Source: Chrysomallon squamiferum
Taxonomy: Eukaryota; Animalia; Mollusca
NCBI GenBank assembly: GCA_012295275.1
Contig: CM022678.1
Span: 3,162,001-3,226,000 of the forward strand
Length of the DNA: 64,000 nt
Direction: 5' to 3'
The notes under the pieces were generated by a model, which saw only the letters and a list, made by a program, of their open reading frames with translations, was not told where the DNA came from and searched no databases. The position numbers and the translations under genes are program-made. This document shows positions 13,558-26,380 of this stretch, in pieces (position 1 is the stretch's first letter; each line of letters opens with the position of its first letter).

Positions 13558-14291
13558 TGTATCTATTTATTTATGTATCTATTTATTTATTTACTTATTT
13601 ATGTATTTACATATTTACTTATTTATTTACTTACAGGCTACTAAGGTATTTCTCGGTGCACACGCACTGCTGGCTAATGGGTTTGTGATGTCTCGTGTTG
13701 GGAGTTCGCTCATTGCTCTGATTGCTCACTCGTGTAACGTGCCAGTCATGGTTTGCTGCGAAACGTACAAATTCTGTGAGCGAGTTCAGACCGATTCCTT
13801 CGTGTTTAACGAACTAGGTATGTGTAAATAATTTTATTAATTTAATTATAAATTCTGTGAGTAAGTTCAAAGTGATTCATTCATATTTTCATAATTATTG
13901 TTGATGTAAGTACACAAATAAAAAATGTTGACAGTATCCCATTGATTTAATTAAAGATAATTTTCAACAATATCTCATCATTTCGTTAAAGATATTTTTC
14001 AACAATATCTCATCATTTCGTTAAAGATATATATTTTTTTTAACAGTATGTCTATTCATATTTTTGAGTTTTCTTTCTGTAGGAGATCCTGATGATCTTG
14101 TCAAAGTGGGAAACAAAATACCTAACCTGTCAGACTGGAAGGAACATCCTCATCTTTTCCTCCTGAACCTGGCGTACGACGTCACCCCACCTGAACTGAT
14201 TTCTGCCGTCATTACAGAACTCGGCATGATTCCCTGTACCTCGGTTCCCGTTGTCCTGAGAGTCAAACACGCAGAGACAAACGAAACATGA
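8535..14291 (+). CDS. EIF2B4: Translation initiation factor eIF2B subunit delta, 518 aa; join(8535..8855,9315..9559,10246..10360,10915..10991,11377..11479,11682..11809,12536..12627,12973..13058,13637..13817,14083..14291)
   Basis: Motifs [148 protein letters not shown]. All introns are GT-AG with compatible phases; exons total 1557 nt. Confidence 0.96.
9519..9935. repeat. Tandem repeat (91-bp unit, ~5 copies, last two shortened) spanning an EIF2B4 exon 3' end and its splice donor
   Basis: TACCAGTA(C/T)GAC...GAGTCTTTGTCGTAAGT...TATAAGTTAAAC units start at 9519, 9610, 9701, 9792 and 9865. Confidence 0.9.
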
Positions 14292-17200
14292 TTCAGCATT
14301 TTTAAATTCTGGGGTTGAAGGTCATTTCTGGTTATACCGAAATTTGTGGTCGTTTTTATATTCTTACATGCAGCCATCTTGAAATTCTTAAGTTGAATGT
14401 TACGGTCATCGTGAATTCAAGTTTGCATTTGAATTTTTAAGATTTAAGTTTTCTCGATATTTTGAAAGTTATCTATGAGTTGTTATATTCAAGGTCATCT
14501 TGAAATTCTCAATTTAATTTTCGTTACTTCAAGGCCATTTATGAGTTCTGACATAGTGTATAATTAAAGAGGATGGTTTTTCTGTCGTTAATTCAGAAAT
14601 AGCCATAAAATATTTATATATTAGTGTAAAAGTATAATTTTTAAATTCAAAATCAACAATAAATCAATTTTACCTTCAAAAATTTCAGATCATTATTAAA
14701 TTCTTAAATTGAAGGTTATTTGCAAATTCTTACGTTCATCATGTTTTAAGCTCTCATGTTCAGAACTTCCATTTTGAATGGAGAATTGGTGCTTATAAAA
14801 AAATCAAATGAAATGCAGAAATATCATCAGTTTGTGTTATAAACCATCTCAGTGCTTATGAATATTTATTTGGACTCCATTGAAAAATGAGTGAGTAATT
14901 CAGCATTCAGTGGACTTGATAGTGTTTATCCTTGGACTATAAAATCATTTGTAAATATGAAATGTTAAAATACAGAATAAATCTTAAACACATGACGAGA
15001 CAGTATTTTTATTATTATTTTTTTTTTTTTTTAAATATTTTAAATTTTTATTAACTATACTTACTACTAAGTATTTATTTCATATAGTTACTCATTTATT
15101 TTTATCTCTGGAATTAAAATGTTTGAACAGAAATATACTTCATTAAAATGTTCCTCTTATTAAAGTTAACAGTTTTCGTAAACAAACCACAAAACATTAA
15201 CTTTAAAAAAAAATGTGTATGTATATATATATATATATATATAAAGTTAATTTTTTTTTATGAAATAAATATATATATATATAGTATTCACACATTTAAA
15301 ATATTGTCTATTCTTTTCAAGATGAAAAAAACAAAACATGCTGTATACATACACTTCATCACAGAGTATATTCGTACTATTTGAGGAATATTTACAGTTT
15401 ATACACATTAGAAGAATGTATTTTTTTTTTTTACACAACACAATATTTTGGCGTATGCTTGCAAGAAGCAATGACAGTGTTGTTTTTTTCCATTTATCAT
15501 AGGTTCTTCTTCTAAAAGGTTGATCTTTAGAAAATACATAAAATAATAACAATAATAATGAAATAAAAAAATATTTAAATTTAACATATTCAAAAAATAA
15601 AACAGAAAAACATTATAAAAATGTTAAAACTGAAAACAACTCTACAAATAGTAACAAGATGTTTGTGTTTTATTATTTTATTTCCTGAGTGCATTCTTGA
15701 CAGATATTACTTATGAATATTTTGATATTTAGAAATCTCCACACATCAAACTTCCTTTCACTCAAAAGTAATCCTTTTATATGTTTTAAAATAAAAAAAA
15801 AAAAATTTTTTTTTTTTATATCTCTGTATATAGCAAAGAAACGAAAGCAAGCAAAAGGAAATGTAAAAATATAGAATTATCTCCCCTCACATGACTGAAA
15901 TTAAATGCCATCTTTAAAAATCAGGTCTTATGAAAATATGGACTAAGAGGGAAAAAACACACAAAACTATAGAATATTAATACTGGTATTATTTATTATA
16001 AATTATATTTAAGTATGTTTCTATCAGTAATGAAATTTTGGCATAAAACCTAACTATAACCAATAATACTTATTTCTCTCACACATTTTAAAAGAAAAAA
16101 CACACAAACCTACAAAACAAAGCAAAAATCACTCCAAAATCTAATATCATTTTTTAACACATGAAGAAAATACTTTACAGTAAAATTGATCAGATTATTT
16201 TCAGTCAAATTTAACACTGAATAATAAAAAAAAAAATTATACTCATGACTATTTCTTCAACAATAAAAACAATTTTTGTTATTTCAACAAACTTTCACTT
16301 TATTCAAATTCATTGTCTGCATTACTCCGATTCTTTTGTCGATATTCAACAAATCTGATGGTTATTCAAAACAGTTATTAATTTACTAGCAAGTATGAAT
16401 TTAATTTACATTTCAGTTTTACAAATCTACTTTGAAGTTTCTCTTTTAAAAAATTCAAAATGAAGAGATAATGCTAAATATATTTATTTAAACACAAGAA
16501 ATCTGAAACAAAAATATCTCCTGAAATACTCTGATCCCTAGACAAATGGAAAGTTGTGATTTACATATATATATATTTATTTATGTATATGGTCCCTTTT
16601 ACATTTAAATTTTAAATATATAATACCAATCTATCTTTTACATCATCATTCCTGATTTGTTTTGTTTTTTTGGAGTTTTTAAAAATATTTTGGCTTAAAA
16701 CTACTAAAAATAACATGTTTCCACTACATCTTTTTTTCTGGCTTGCCTAAGTAAATATCTTTGCTGATAAAAAGAAATACATTTCTGCATACTTTCAAAT
16801 TATGTGTTCTTTGCTTTTTGCTACCCAGATTCAATACATAACAAATAAAAGACTATAGTTAAAAAAAAAATCTGCTATATTTTCTCAATTGTGATGTGAT
16901 GTGCTAAGGTTTCTGGGTAAAATGTTTTTTTTGTGCTGGGGTTTTAACAACATTCATCCTTTCATTCATTCATTAAGTAAAATAGCTGCATTAAAATATT
17001 TTTGTACCAGTGACATTACATAACAAATTTTTTATTTAAAAAAAAAATCCTACATACAATAAAACTAAGAATACAGTAATTATTAATTTTAAAAAGAGTT
17101 TTACATTTTAAGTGTCTTTTGTTCTTTATGTTTTTTGAAGCAAATAAAATGACAACTTTTAGGTACATTTTAACAGCAAGGATTTATGGGTTTAATAATA

Positions 17201-18155
17201 ACAATGTCTGCCAACAGCTGTCTGATATAACATGACAAACACAGTTTCATGATTGGCAGTACTTGTTTAACAAAATGTTTTCAAACAAGTCATGCATAAA
17301 GTTTTGATGTTTTCAAAACAAAAAGGTTTGATTGTCTTAAATGAAGCTTAAAATTTGCATGTGGAATATTAACAGTAAAGGAACAGTTATTTAAAAAAAA
17401 AAAAAAAAATATTTTTTTTAATGTAATTTTAAAACCATTAAATGATTAGGACACCAGGAATTAGTTTATCAATAAATTTTTTTTTTCAAGTTTTTAACCA
17501 TGGAAACATATTAAAGGACAAAAAATAACAACCTGATATTAATTGTGTAGACTGTTTTGAAATAGTAAGCTATCTGAAGTAATAATAACAATAATGAAAT
17601 CATGAATTAATTAAATAAGTGAATAAATTTTATGATTAAAAAAAAAAAAGAAAACAAAAATTATAATTAAATAAAAAATATGAGTATTAAATTAAAACAC
17701 AATCTCTGCTACAACTTGAAAAAAAAATAGAAAGAAAAAAGAAATTATTCTGAGCGATCCTCAGCATTAATCCAAGAACGAATAATTATTTATTTTAAAA
17801 ACAGATTTACACTTATTTAAAAATAGATTTATTTTAAATTATTATTATTATACATTTATTATAATTTTTATTTTTAAAAGCTGCATTAAAAATTAAACAT
17901 TTCAGACTACACTGGATTCAACAAAACTATCACCATTCCGAAAGTAAACAAATAAACAAATAAATAAATAAAAATAACAATAATAATAATAAAAAAAAGA
18001 TATCATTCAAAAAGTTTGGCAGCAGAAATCACTTCAAAATTATTTTAAACTTTTTTTTAAAAGAAAATTTAAATTTTATATTAAAGCCACAACCACCACC
18101 ATTAACCCATTGCTGAACCCAGTGCAGTATGTCTGCTATGTTTAAATTCACGTCA

Positions 18156-20125
18156 TTATTTAACAAACGTGACTTGGTCCTTTGCTGTTTTCTGACTAAA
18201 CGCAGCCTGGATGATTTCAAAAACTGCTTTCGGTGGCAGTGCAGCATTTACTGGCATGTGCAGATTTTGTTTCTTGTAGTAGTCAACCAGTGGTTTTGTC
18301 TGCTTGTGGTATGCGTCCAGTCTCTTCATCAAGACTTCTTCATTGTCATCTGACCGTTTTATCAGAGGTTCGCCTGTTACCTGGAAAAAAATAAATTAAA
18401 AATATTAAAAATAGTTTTAAAAAATTAACCAGTAGTATGTGAAATAAAAATACTGAAACAGTTAATGTAAAATAAAAATATTAAAACTATTATGGTCAAA
18501 TAAAAAGATTAAAAAATAGTTAAATGTCAAAAATATAAAAAAAAAAAACTTCAAAAAACAGTAGCTATTATAGTGAAATAAAAATAGTAAAAATAGCAAT
18601 ATATCAAAAATAATAATATATTTAATAAAAGTAGTAAAAATAGTAATATATCAAAAATGATAATATATTTAATTAAAATAGTAAAAATAGTAATATATTA
18701 AATAAAAATAATCACATGTTATATTTCACAACTAATGAAACCACAAGTTAATATGACCGTAATTATATAAGTGATGGTATGTGCATAAATAATATCTGTT
18801 TTAAAGCTGTAACAAATAAACAAATAAATAAATATATACAAAGAGTATACTTACATCATCCACCATGGGCACCTTTGGGGGATTGAACTCGGTGTGGTAG
18901 CTTCGTCCACTCTTGATGTGAAAGAGACGACCAGTTATCCGTTTGACTAAAAGTGAGTCGTCGATGACAAACTCTATAACAGCATCTAAAGCAGTCTTCC
19001 TCTTAGCCAGCAGTTTATCCAGCTTAAAATAATTTACATACATTTATTAATTAATTTCGTGTTTTAATACGAAAAACGTTTATTTTTATTCTTATCACTG
19101 AAAGTAGTTTTGTTGCGGAATGTTGGACATTCATTTCTAATGATTTTTTTGGTCTTTTTCTTATAACTATATTGTTGGTTCTTGGAAACCATACATTTAA
19201 TATGGAATGTTTTGATAACATAACTAATTAATTTACACTTTCTATTGATTAATCATTAACAAATAAAAATAGTAATAATAAAGACCAATATAAACTGCAT
19301 AATTCATACAGATACTATGTTGACGAAGATTAAAAACTCTGCATGTAAAACAAATCTAGAAAAACCAAGATTAAACAGTGGAAATGTTGAAATAAAACAA
19401 ATCTAGATAAACCAAGATTAAACACTGGAAATGCTGATATAAAACAAATGTAGATAAACCAGGATTAAACACTGGAAATGCTGCAAATACATGTTAAATG
19501 TGTTTAGACTAAATTTTAGTACAACTCACAGCCTCTGCCTGAGCCATGGTTCTAGGAAACCCGTCAAGAAGAAATCCACTCTTACATTCCTTCTTTTCTA
19601 GATTCTGGTCAATCAGCTCAACCACGAGGTCATCGCTGACCAGCTGACCAGCGTCCATCACTTTCTTTACCCTCTGACCAAGACTGTTGCCCGAAGCTAT
19701 AACTGCTCTGAGCATGTCGCCTGTTGACATTAATTTCATTTTCTTTTTTATACAAAGTGGACTAGATAAAGTTAATCATGTATTTACTTTTCTCAAAGCT
19801 AATAGCTCATGTGATTGCTTTTTTTTTGTTGTTAAAATGTTTAATTAGTCTGATATAAAAAAATAATGTTCATGTGAGTTGAAGAAAGGAAAACAAACAA
19901 AATTAACTAATATAATTATTAGTTGTAACAATAGCATTACGGAATCAGTTAAGCATGATCATGTGCCATTAAAGAAATAAATAAATAATAATTATATTAA
20001 TAATAAAATAAAAATGAGACAAAAAAAAAAAAGGATAATAATAAAAGATTAAATATCCATTAACCCAAAATGTATGTTTTCATGTTTGAATTAAAATTTG
20101 TATGTGTGTTTATTATCAGAGAAAA

Positions 20126-20215
<90 letters not shown>

Positions 20216-20240
20216 TGACAGAAAGGTGGGGTAGAAAGGT

Positions 20241-20312
<72 letters not shown>

Positions 20313-20800
20313 GATGGATTAGCACTGACAGTGACAACATGTAGACACACTTACCAGTTGACAGGTGACACGAACAATACTTTTCAGCCAACATAGGAGC
20401 CTGTTAAAGAAAGAAAAAAGGATAATTTCTCTCTACTTTCACAAACTTCTGAATCATGTAATATCTATTCATTAGTCTAACCTGCATTAACAAATCGTAT
20501 CTTGCAGTGAATAAATTACCTTTATATAATATTAATTTAAAGAATATATATAAAAAAAAATAAAAATAAAAATCATTTACTAATGGGAAATATTAACTAA
20601 GAATAAAAGCCAAGATGGTTTTCGTTAACAAAAATTACAATGCTTTAGTAGAGTTATGTCCCTTCTCGTAACACTTGGACAAAAGGTTTCTTAACCTGTG
20701 TGCCTTTCCCTGAGCCTGGAGGTCCAAGTAAAATGGCTTTGATTCCTTTTGGTGTTGAAGAACTACTAGATTTACCGGACGAAGGTGGAACGGCTGGCAT
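18156..20800 (-). CDS. AK2: Adenylate kinase 2 (mitochondrial intermembrane space), 244 aa; complement(join(18156..18380,18855..19022,19530..19720,20355..20400,20696..20800))
   Basis: P-loop [38 protein letters not shown] region [38 protein letters not shown]2-type C-terminus [12 protein letters not shown] introns with matching phases; 735 nt in total. Confidence 0.96.
19346..19483. repeat. 47-bp tandem repeat, 3 copies, in an AK2 intron
   Basis: TAAAACAAAT(C/G)TAGA(A/T)AAACCA(A/G)GATTAAACA(G/C)TGGAAATG starts at 19346, 19393 and 19440. Confidence 0.85.
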
Positions 20801-21867
20801 TGTAAATTTTAACTGTTAGGGTCCGAAACAAGCAAGGTCACACGTTTGCCTCTCTCTATGTTCTGCAGTTAAATTCCTCCAGTGACCAAAGATGCACCAT
20901 CTTTCGCCAAAAGTAATTTCAACATTACTGTAAAGTTTATGCGAACAAAGGAAAAAGAAGAAGAAGAAATTAACAAATCTTGATTTATTTTAAAAGTTAT
21001 ATTACAATCTATTTTCTTCTTTTACTTCTCTTCAAGATACGTTATGTAATATAATCTTTTTTTTTCTTTTTTTTTCTCTTTGTTTTTCTCTCCATATAAT
21101 TGCTCTTCAATGATCGATATTTTGGAATTTCATTACCAGAAATTGATATTAATGACTGCTGGACTATTATTTATTTATTTATTTATTGTACTAATATATA
21201 AATGAATTCAAAAAATATTCACGAAATAATGAAAACCATATTATAAATCAAATAAATGATTACTGACGTTACCCGTGCTAAGTGAACGTAAAAGTAATTG
21301 TTATGACAACACAGGCTCAATAAAAAAATTATGAATTCAATAATAATCTTTTTTCTATTTTTTTTCCCCCACATTTCTTGGTATTGGTGGACGTATTTTG
21401 ACTGCCTTGTCACCATTAATATATATATCTATATCTATATAGATATAGATATAGATAGATAGATAGATAGATAGATACACACAAAACAAAATAGTTCTTC
21501 AAAAATAAATTTATTTCTTATTACAACAATGCAAAAATATAATATCCATTATTGCATTTAAAATTTCAATATTCTAAGTAAAAGAAAGTGAAAGAATTAA
21601 TTTTAAACTGGCAAGTTTTTACGCATTTCATGATTTAAAATAGTTTCGTTATCACAAAGAGGTTTTGATCGGTGACTAAAAACAAATAAACATTTAAAGA
21701 TCCTTAACCTGCTGCTAGTTCAAAGTGACATTTCTTCTTCTTCTGTTTCTTCTTCTTCTTCTTGAATTCAAATAAATATACACATTAAAAATAAAGAAAA
21801 TAATTCGGTCGTTTTCGTCTCAAAGGTTTTAAAGCTAAAGCACATCTTCACACGAAATGATTTAACA

Positions 21868-22525
21868 TCACACGAGTCCGTACTGCGGGGGATACACCGG
21901 AACTCCGTACTTGCTCGTCTTCGAACTTGGAGGAATGTACGTAAAAGCAGACGGCACGTAGGAGCCAAAATCCATTGGCGGGGCAGAAGGAGCTACAGGA
22001 GGACCTGGATGAGGAACCAGGAGCTGAGATGGAGGAGGCCCGGGCTGTTCTGTGGATGATTCAAGAGGAGGAGCGGATGGTTTTTGGGGTGATTTAGAAG
22101 GACGTCCGGGTGACACTTTGGATGACTTTCCTTTCTGTTGCATGCTGCGAGGTATGAATTTAGTTTCGTATTTTGTGACGATTTTGCCCTGGTCGTTTCT
22201 GGTCACGGTTTTGGTCACCTGTCGCTTCGTACCTTGCTTCGACATTTTGCTTTTTCTGTACACATAGGTGGCGATTAAAATCATCAAAATGACCGCACCG
22301 ACAACGCCACCGATCAAGTGGGTATTGGTCGTGGATTTGGTAACGCTGACTGAGGATTCAGTTGTAGTCGTCACCAACGCTAAGCTGTAGGGACTACCTG
22401 AAATAATAACAACAACAACGACAACAACAATAACAAGAAATATATAAACTGCATGATTTGAACAGAAGATAAAAACAGAACTGTAATAGTGATAATAATA
22501 GTAATAATAATAATAATAATAATAT

Positions 22526-22608
<83 letters not shown>

Positions 22609-23088
22609 ATACGTATGGATGGACGACGACGATAACAACAACAACAATAATAATAATAAATATAATTATGAAAAAGTACATAATAATGATGATGATAACA
22701 AAAATAATAACAAGAACAGCAGCAGCAGCAGCAGCAACAACAACAATAATAATAATGATGACGATGTTAATGACGAGATGCCAATCATGATAACAATGAC
22801 AATGATTAGTGGTAACAATAATAAAAGAACAAAGAGATGGAAAGAGAGTCAGACATACAGACAGACAGACTGACACACAGAGAGAAGTAATAACATAATA
22901 CATGCCTCACAGAAACTATGATCTACATTTATATAGGTACATACAGACATTCAAGAAAACACAACTTCGAACAAAATATATAAGCGTAAGCTTGTATTGT
23001 TCTTATTTTATTGTTATTATTAGTATTATCTTTGTTTTTCTTCTTCTTCTTCTTCTTCTTCTTCTTATCTTCGTCGTCATCATCATCA

Positions 23089-23120
<32 letters not shown>

Positions 23121-24256
23121 GACATCTCAAACTATAATAATGACGTAATGTGTCACGTGATGACGCTTACTCCAGTATTTGATTTTAAATCCGCGACTCG
23201 TCACCGATGAATCCGTTGAAAAAGTAATCGTCATCGCAGAACCGGAACTGGAAACGCGCAGGCGCGTTGACCCGCATTCTTCCTTCAACACACTGTACGT
23301 CGACAAGCCTGTAAATTAGAAAATACGAAACTGCGGCTTAATTTCATTGTTGTAAGAGAATAGCTCTAAACGACGCTTAGTTTCGTATTTCTACCAAGAA
23401 ACAAAATTAAAATTATAATTATAAACAGTAGCAGTTATAGAACATGCAAAAAAATAAAAGAATAAATAAATAAATAAAAAAAAAATAAAAATAAAAAATA
23501 ATAATAAAAAAAAAACCAACAACAAACAATAACAATAAAAAAAAAAAAAAAACCCAAAACCATCTGTAATAATATTTAGTACAGTTATATACTACACGAA
23601 GATTTTAATATTTTAATAATTCAGTATTTTATTATTATTACGTATTTTTACGAAACAACGGCTTCAAATACATTGTTTCAGTTTGGTTCTCGGATAAACC
23701 TTTAAAAAAAAAAAAAAAATCATTATTCAAATAATAGATTGCAGCAGAATTTCGATAACGTTCATTTCTACAGCTTATAGATTTTGATTAGCATAAAATA
23801 ATCACATATATTCTCCTTCCCATCGGCGGAATAGGAATAGTTGAGGAATACTTCACACGAACTTGTGACGTCAGTGAGAATGTGCAGCCGAACTATTTAA
23901 CAGTGTAACAAAAATAGTAATTTTTTTTTTTTTTTTTTTTTAAATAATCACCATCGAACGCCGTTAATTTGTCATACAGACACGTCGATGATTGTTCTAG
24001 GTCCTGATCAATGGCTTCCGCGTTAATCACGTGACCTGGATCCGCAGTGCTGATTTCCCATTCCAAAAACAAGTCACTGAAATAAATAAATAAATAAATA
24101 AATATGGTGATGATGGTGATGATGATGTTGATAAATAATAATAATAATAGTGGTAGTAGTAGTAGGGGTAGGGGTAATAGTAATAGTAGTGGTAGTAGTA
24201 GTAGTAGTAGTAGGTGTAATAGTAGTAGTAGTGGTAGTAATAGTAGTAACAGCAGC

Positions 24257-24294
<38 letters not shown>

Positions 24295-24822
24295 AATAAT
24301 ATTAAGAATGATTCCATTTTAAGTTCATTACAGTTGTTGTTATTGCTTTTGTTGTTTTATTGCTAAAACTACTATTGCTATCTATCTATTTATCTGTCTC
24401 TCTGTCTGTCTGTCTGTCTCTTTACTTGCATATGTATTATCTCTGTAATATTTATATCTATCTCCGTCTGTCTGTGTGAATGTCTGTGTAATATCGTTTT
24501 CTGTTTTTTTTTTTCTTATTAAATTAAATCAAATCAGTTAAATTAAATAGTAATAATAATAGTAATCAATTAATTAAATATTTTGTAGAAGAAAGAAAAA
24601 AAACACTGAAAAAGAAAAAAGTGTAACACAAACACTCTCAGGCACGTGTGTACATAAACAGAAGTACAGACACTCAGACAGACAGACACAGTGAACACAG
24701 GATGTGACTAAATGACGTACTTCTGATAGCTTCCGGGATAGTTGGGACTAGTGAAGTAACCTGGAATAGCTGTAGCGTTTAGTGTAGTAGTACATTCTCT
24801 CTGTTTAACATAGCAGCCTGCA

Positions 24823-24894
<72 letters not shown>

Positions 24895-25155
24895 TGTAGT
24901 AGTATAGTAGTAGTAGAAGTAATAGTAGTAGTAGTAGTAACACTAGTAGTACTAGTAATAGTAATAATAATAATAACAACAATAATAGTAATAATAAAAA
25001 CAATAATAACAATAATAACAACAACTACTACTAGTGGCTGTAGTAGTAGTAGTAGTAATAATAATAATGACGATGATGATAATGATGATGACGATGACGA
25101 TAACAACAAAGACGTAATTAAATAGTAACTATTCCTACGACGACAACATTCAGTC

Positions 25156-25189
<34 letters not shown>

Positions 25190-25394
25190 GCATGTGAAAG
25201 AATGAAGGAGAGAAACAGCGAATGAGAGATAGAAGGAGAGGAAGCTAAGAAGATAAAACTAGAAAAAAGAGACAGAGATTCAGATAACGAGAATCAGATT
25301 CTACACGCAGGCACGCACGCACACAAAAAGAGAAAAGAGAGATTGGTAAATAAAAATACTCACCAAAGAAAGCGAAAAAAATTAAATATTTCAT
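21868..25394 (-). CDS. Uncharacterised single-CUB-domain type I membrane protein, ~306 aa; complement(join(21868..22397,23171..23308,23952..24076,24721..24817,25364..25394))
   Basis: Signal-like MKYLIFFAFFG. CUB motifs GYFTSPNYPGSY, LEWEI, DLEQSSTCLYDKLTAFDG, ECG, SSGSAMTITFSTDSSVTSRGFKIKY. Then a Thr/Ser stalk, TM segment LIGGVVGAVILMILIATYVY, basic stop-transfer RKSK and a Pro-rich tail. All junctions are GT-AG with consistent phase. Confidence 0.85.
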
Positions 25395-25621
25395 TTTGAC
25401 ATCATCACCTGCAATATAGTATTACCAACCCGTTTAATTCGCCCTGTTATCACCCGAATATAACTTACGACTTTCATAAACAAACACGCACTCTTACACT
25501 CATACATCGAGATACAGTCAACTACATGAACGTAGAAATATACGTACAGTCATAGCAAATACAGAATTTATTATTATTATTATTATTATTTTAAATATTT
25601 ATTATTATTACTATGTATGTT

Positions 25622-25698
<77 letters not shown>

Positions 25699-26057
25699 GT
25701 ATATACATATATATACGTACATACAAGAAAAGCGCTAACTTACCTGGCACTTTAACGCGATTGTTTTTCTGTATCTAAGCTGTTGTTTAAATGTTTCTTA
25801 CAAAACAACAAGAAGCCCGGTAATCTTCAGTGCTGTTATAATGTAGATATTGCGACATATTTCTCACCCAAACCCATTCAATACTTCCAGCAATGTTTTC
25901 ACATTCAGAATTCGACCGCTATTTATAGTTAGTGTTTTTTAATTTTTATTATCTTAAGATGTAGATGTAAATATATATATAAAACACACACACACACACA
26001 AATGATGACAATGACAATAATAAATGATGATGATGATGATAATAATAATAATAATAA

Positions 26058-26091
<34 letters not shown>

Positions 26092-26093
26092 CA

Positions 26094-26127
<34 letters not shown>

Positions 26128-26236
26128 CATACATACAAACGTATACATGGAAAAACAAAATTAGTCTATCATATAAACATTTAAATTTAATAAAAATGAT
26201 AGAAAATTCCACGTTGATTTAATAAATTTTACTTAC

Positions 26237-26380
26237 AAACTCCATCATCGTCGGTGTATGAGAAATCTAATAGCAATCAATGCGAGGAGCTTGGATTTCT
26301 TCGCGTTCAGTTTTGAGTTCAAGGACGTGTACCCGCCATGGCAACCTGTGACTCGCAACTGACTACAATAACCAGTCTAC
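26237..26380 (-). promoter_or_regulatory. Putative promoter and non-coding first exon of the CUB gene
   Basis: Minus-strand GTAAGT donors at ~26236 and ~25743, locally CpG-richer sequence, RFX-like GTTGCCATGG (26336-26345) and ACTACAATAACCAG (ZNF143/SBS-like, ~26362). Confidence 0.4.
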
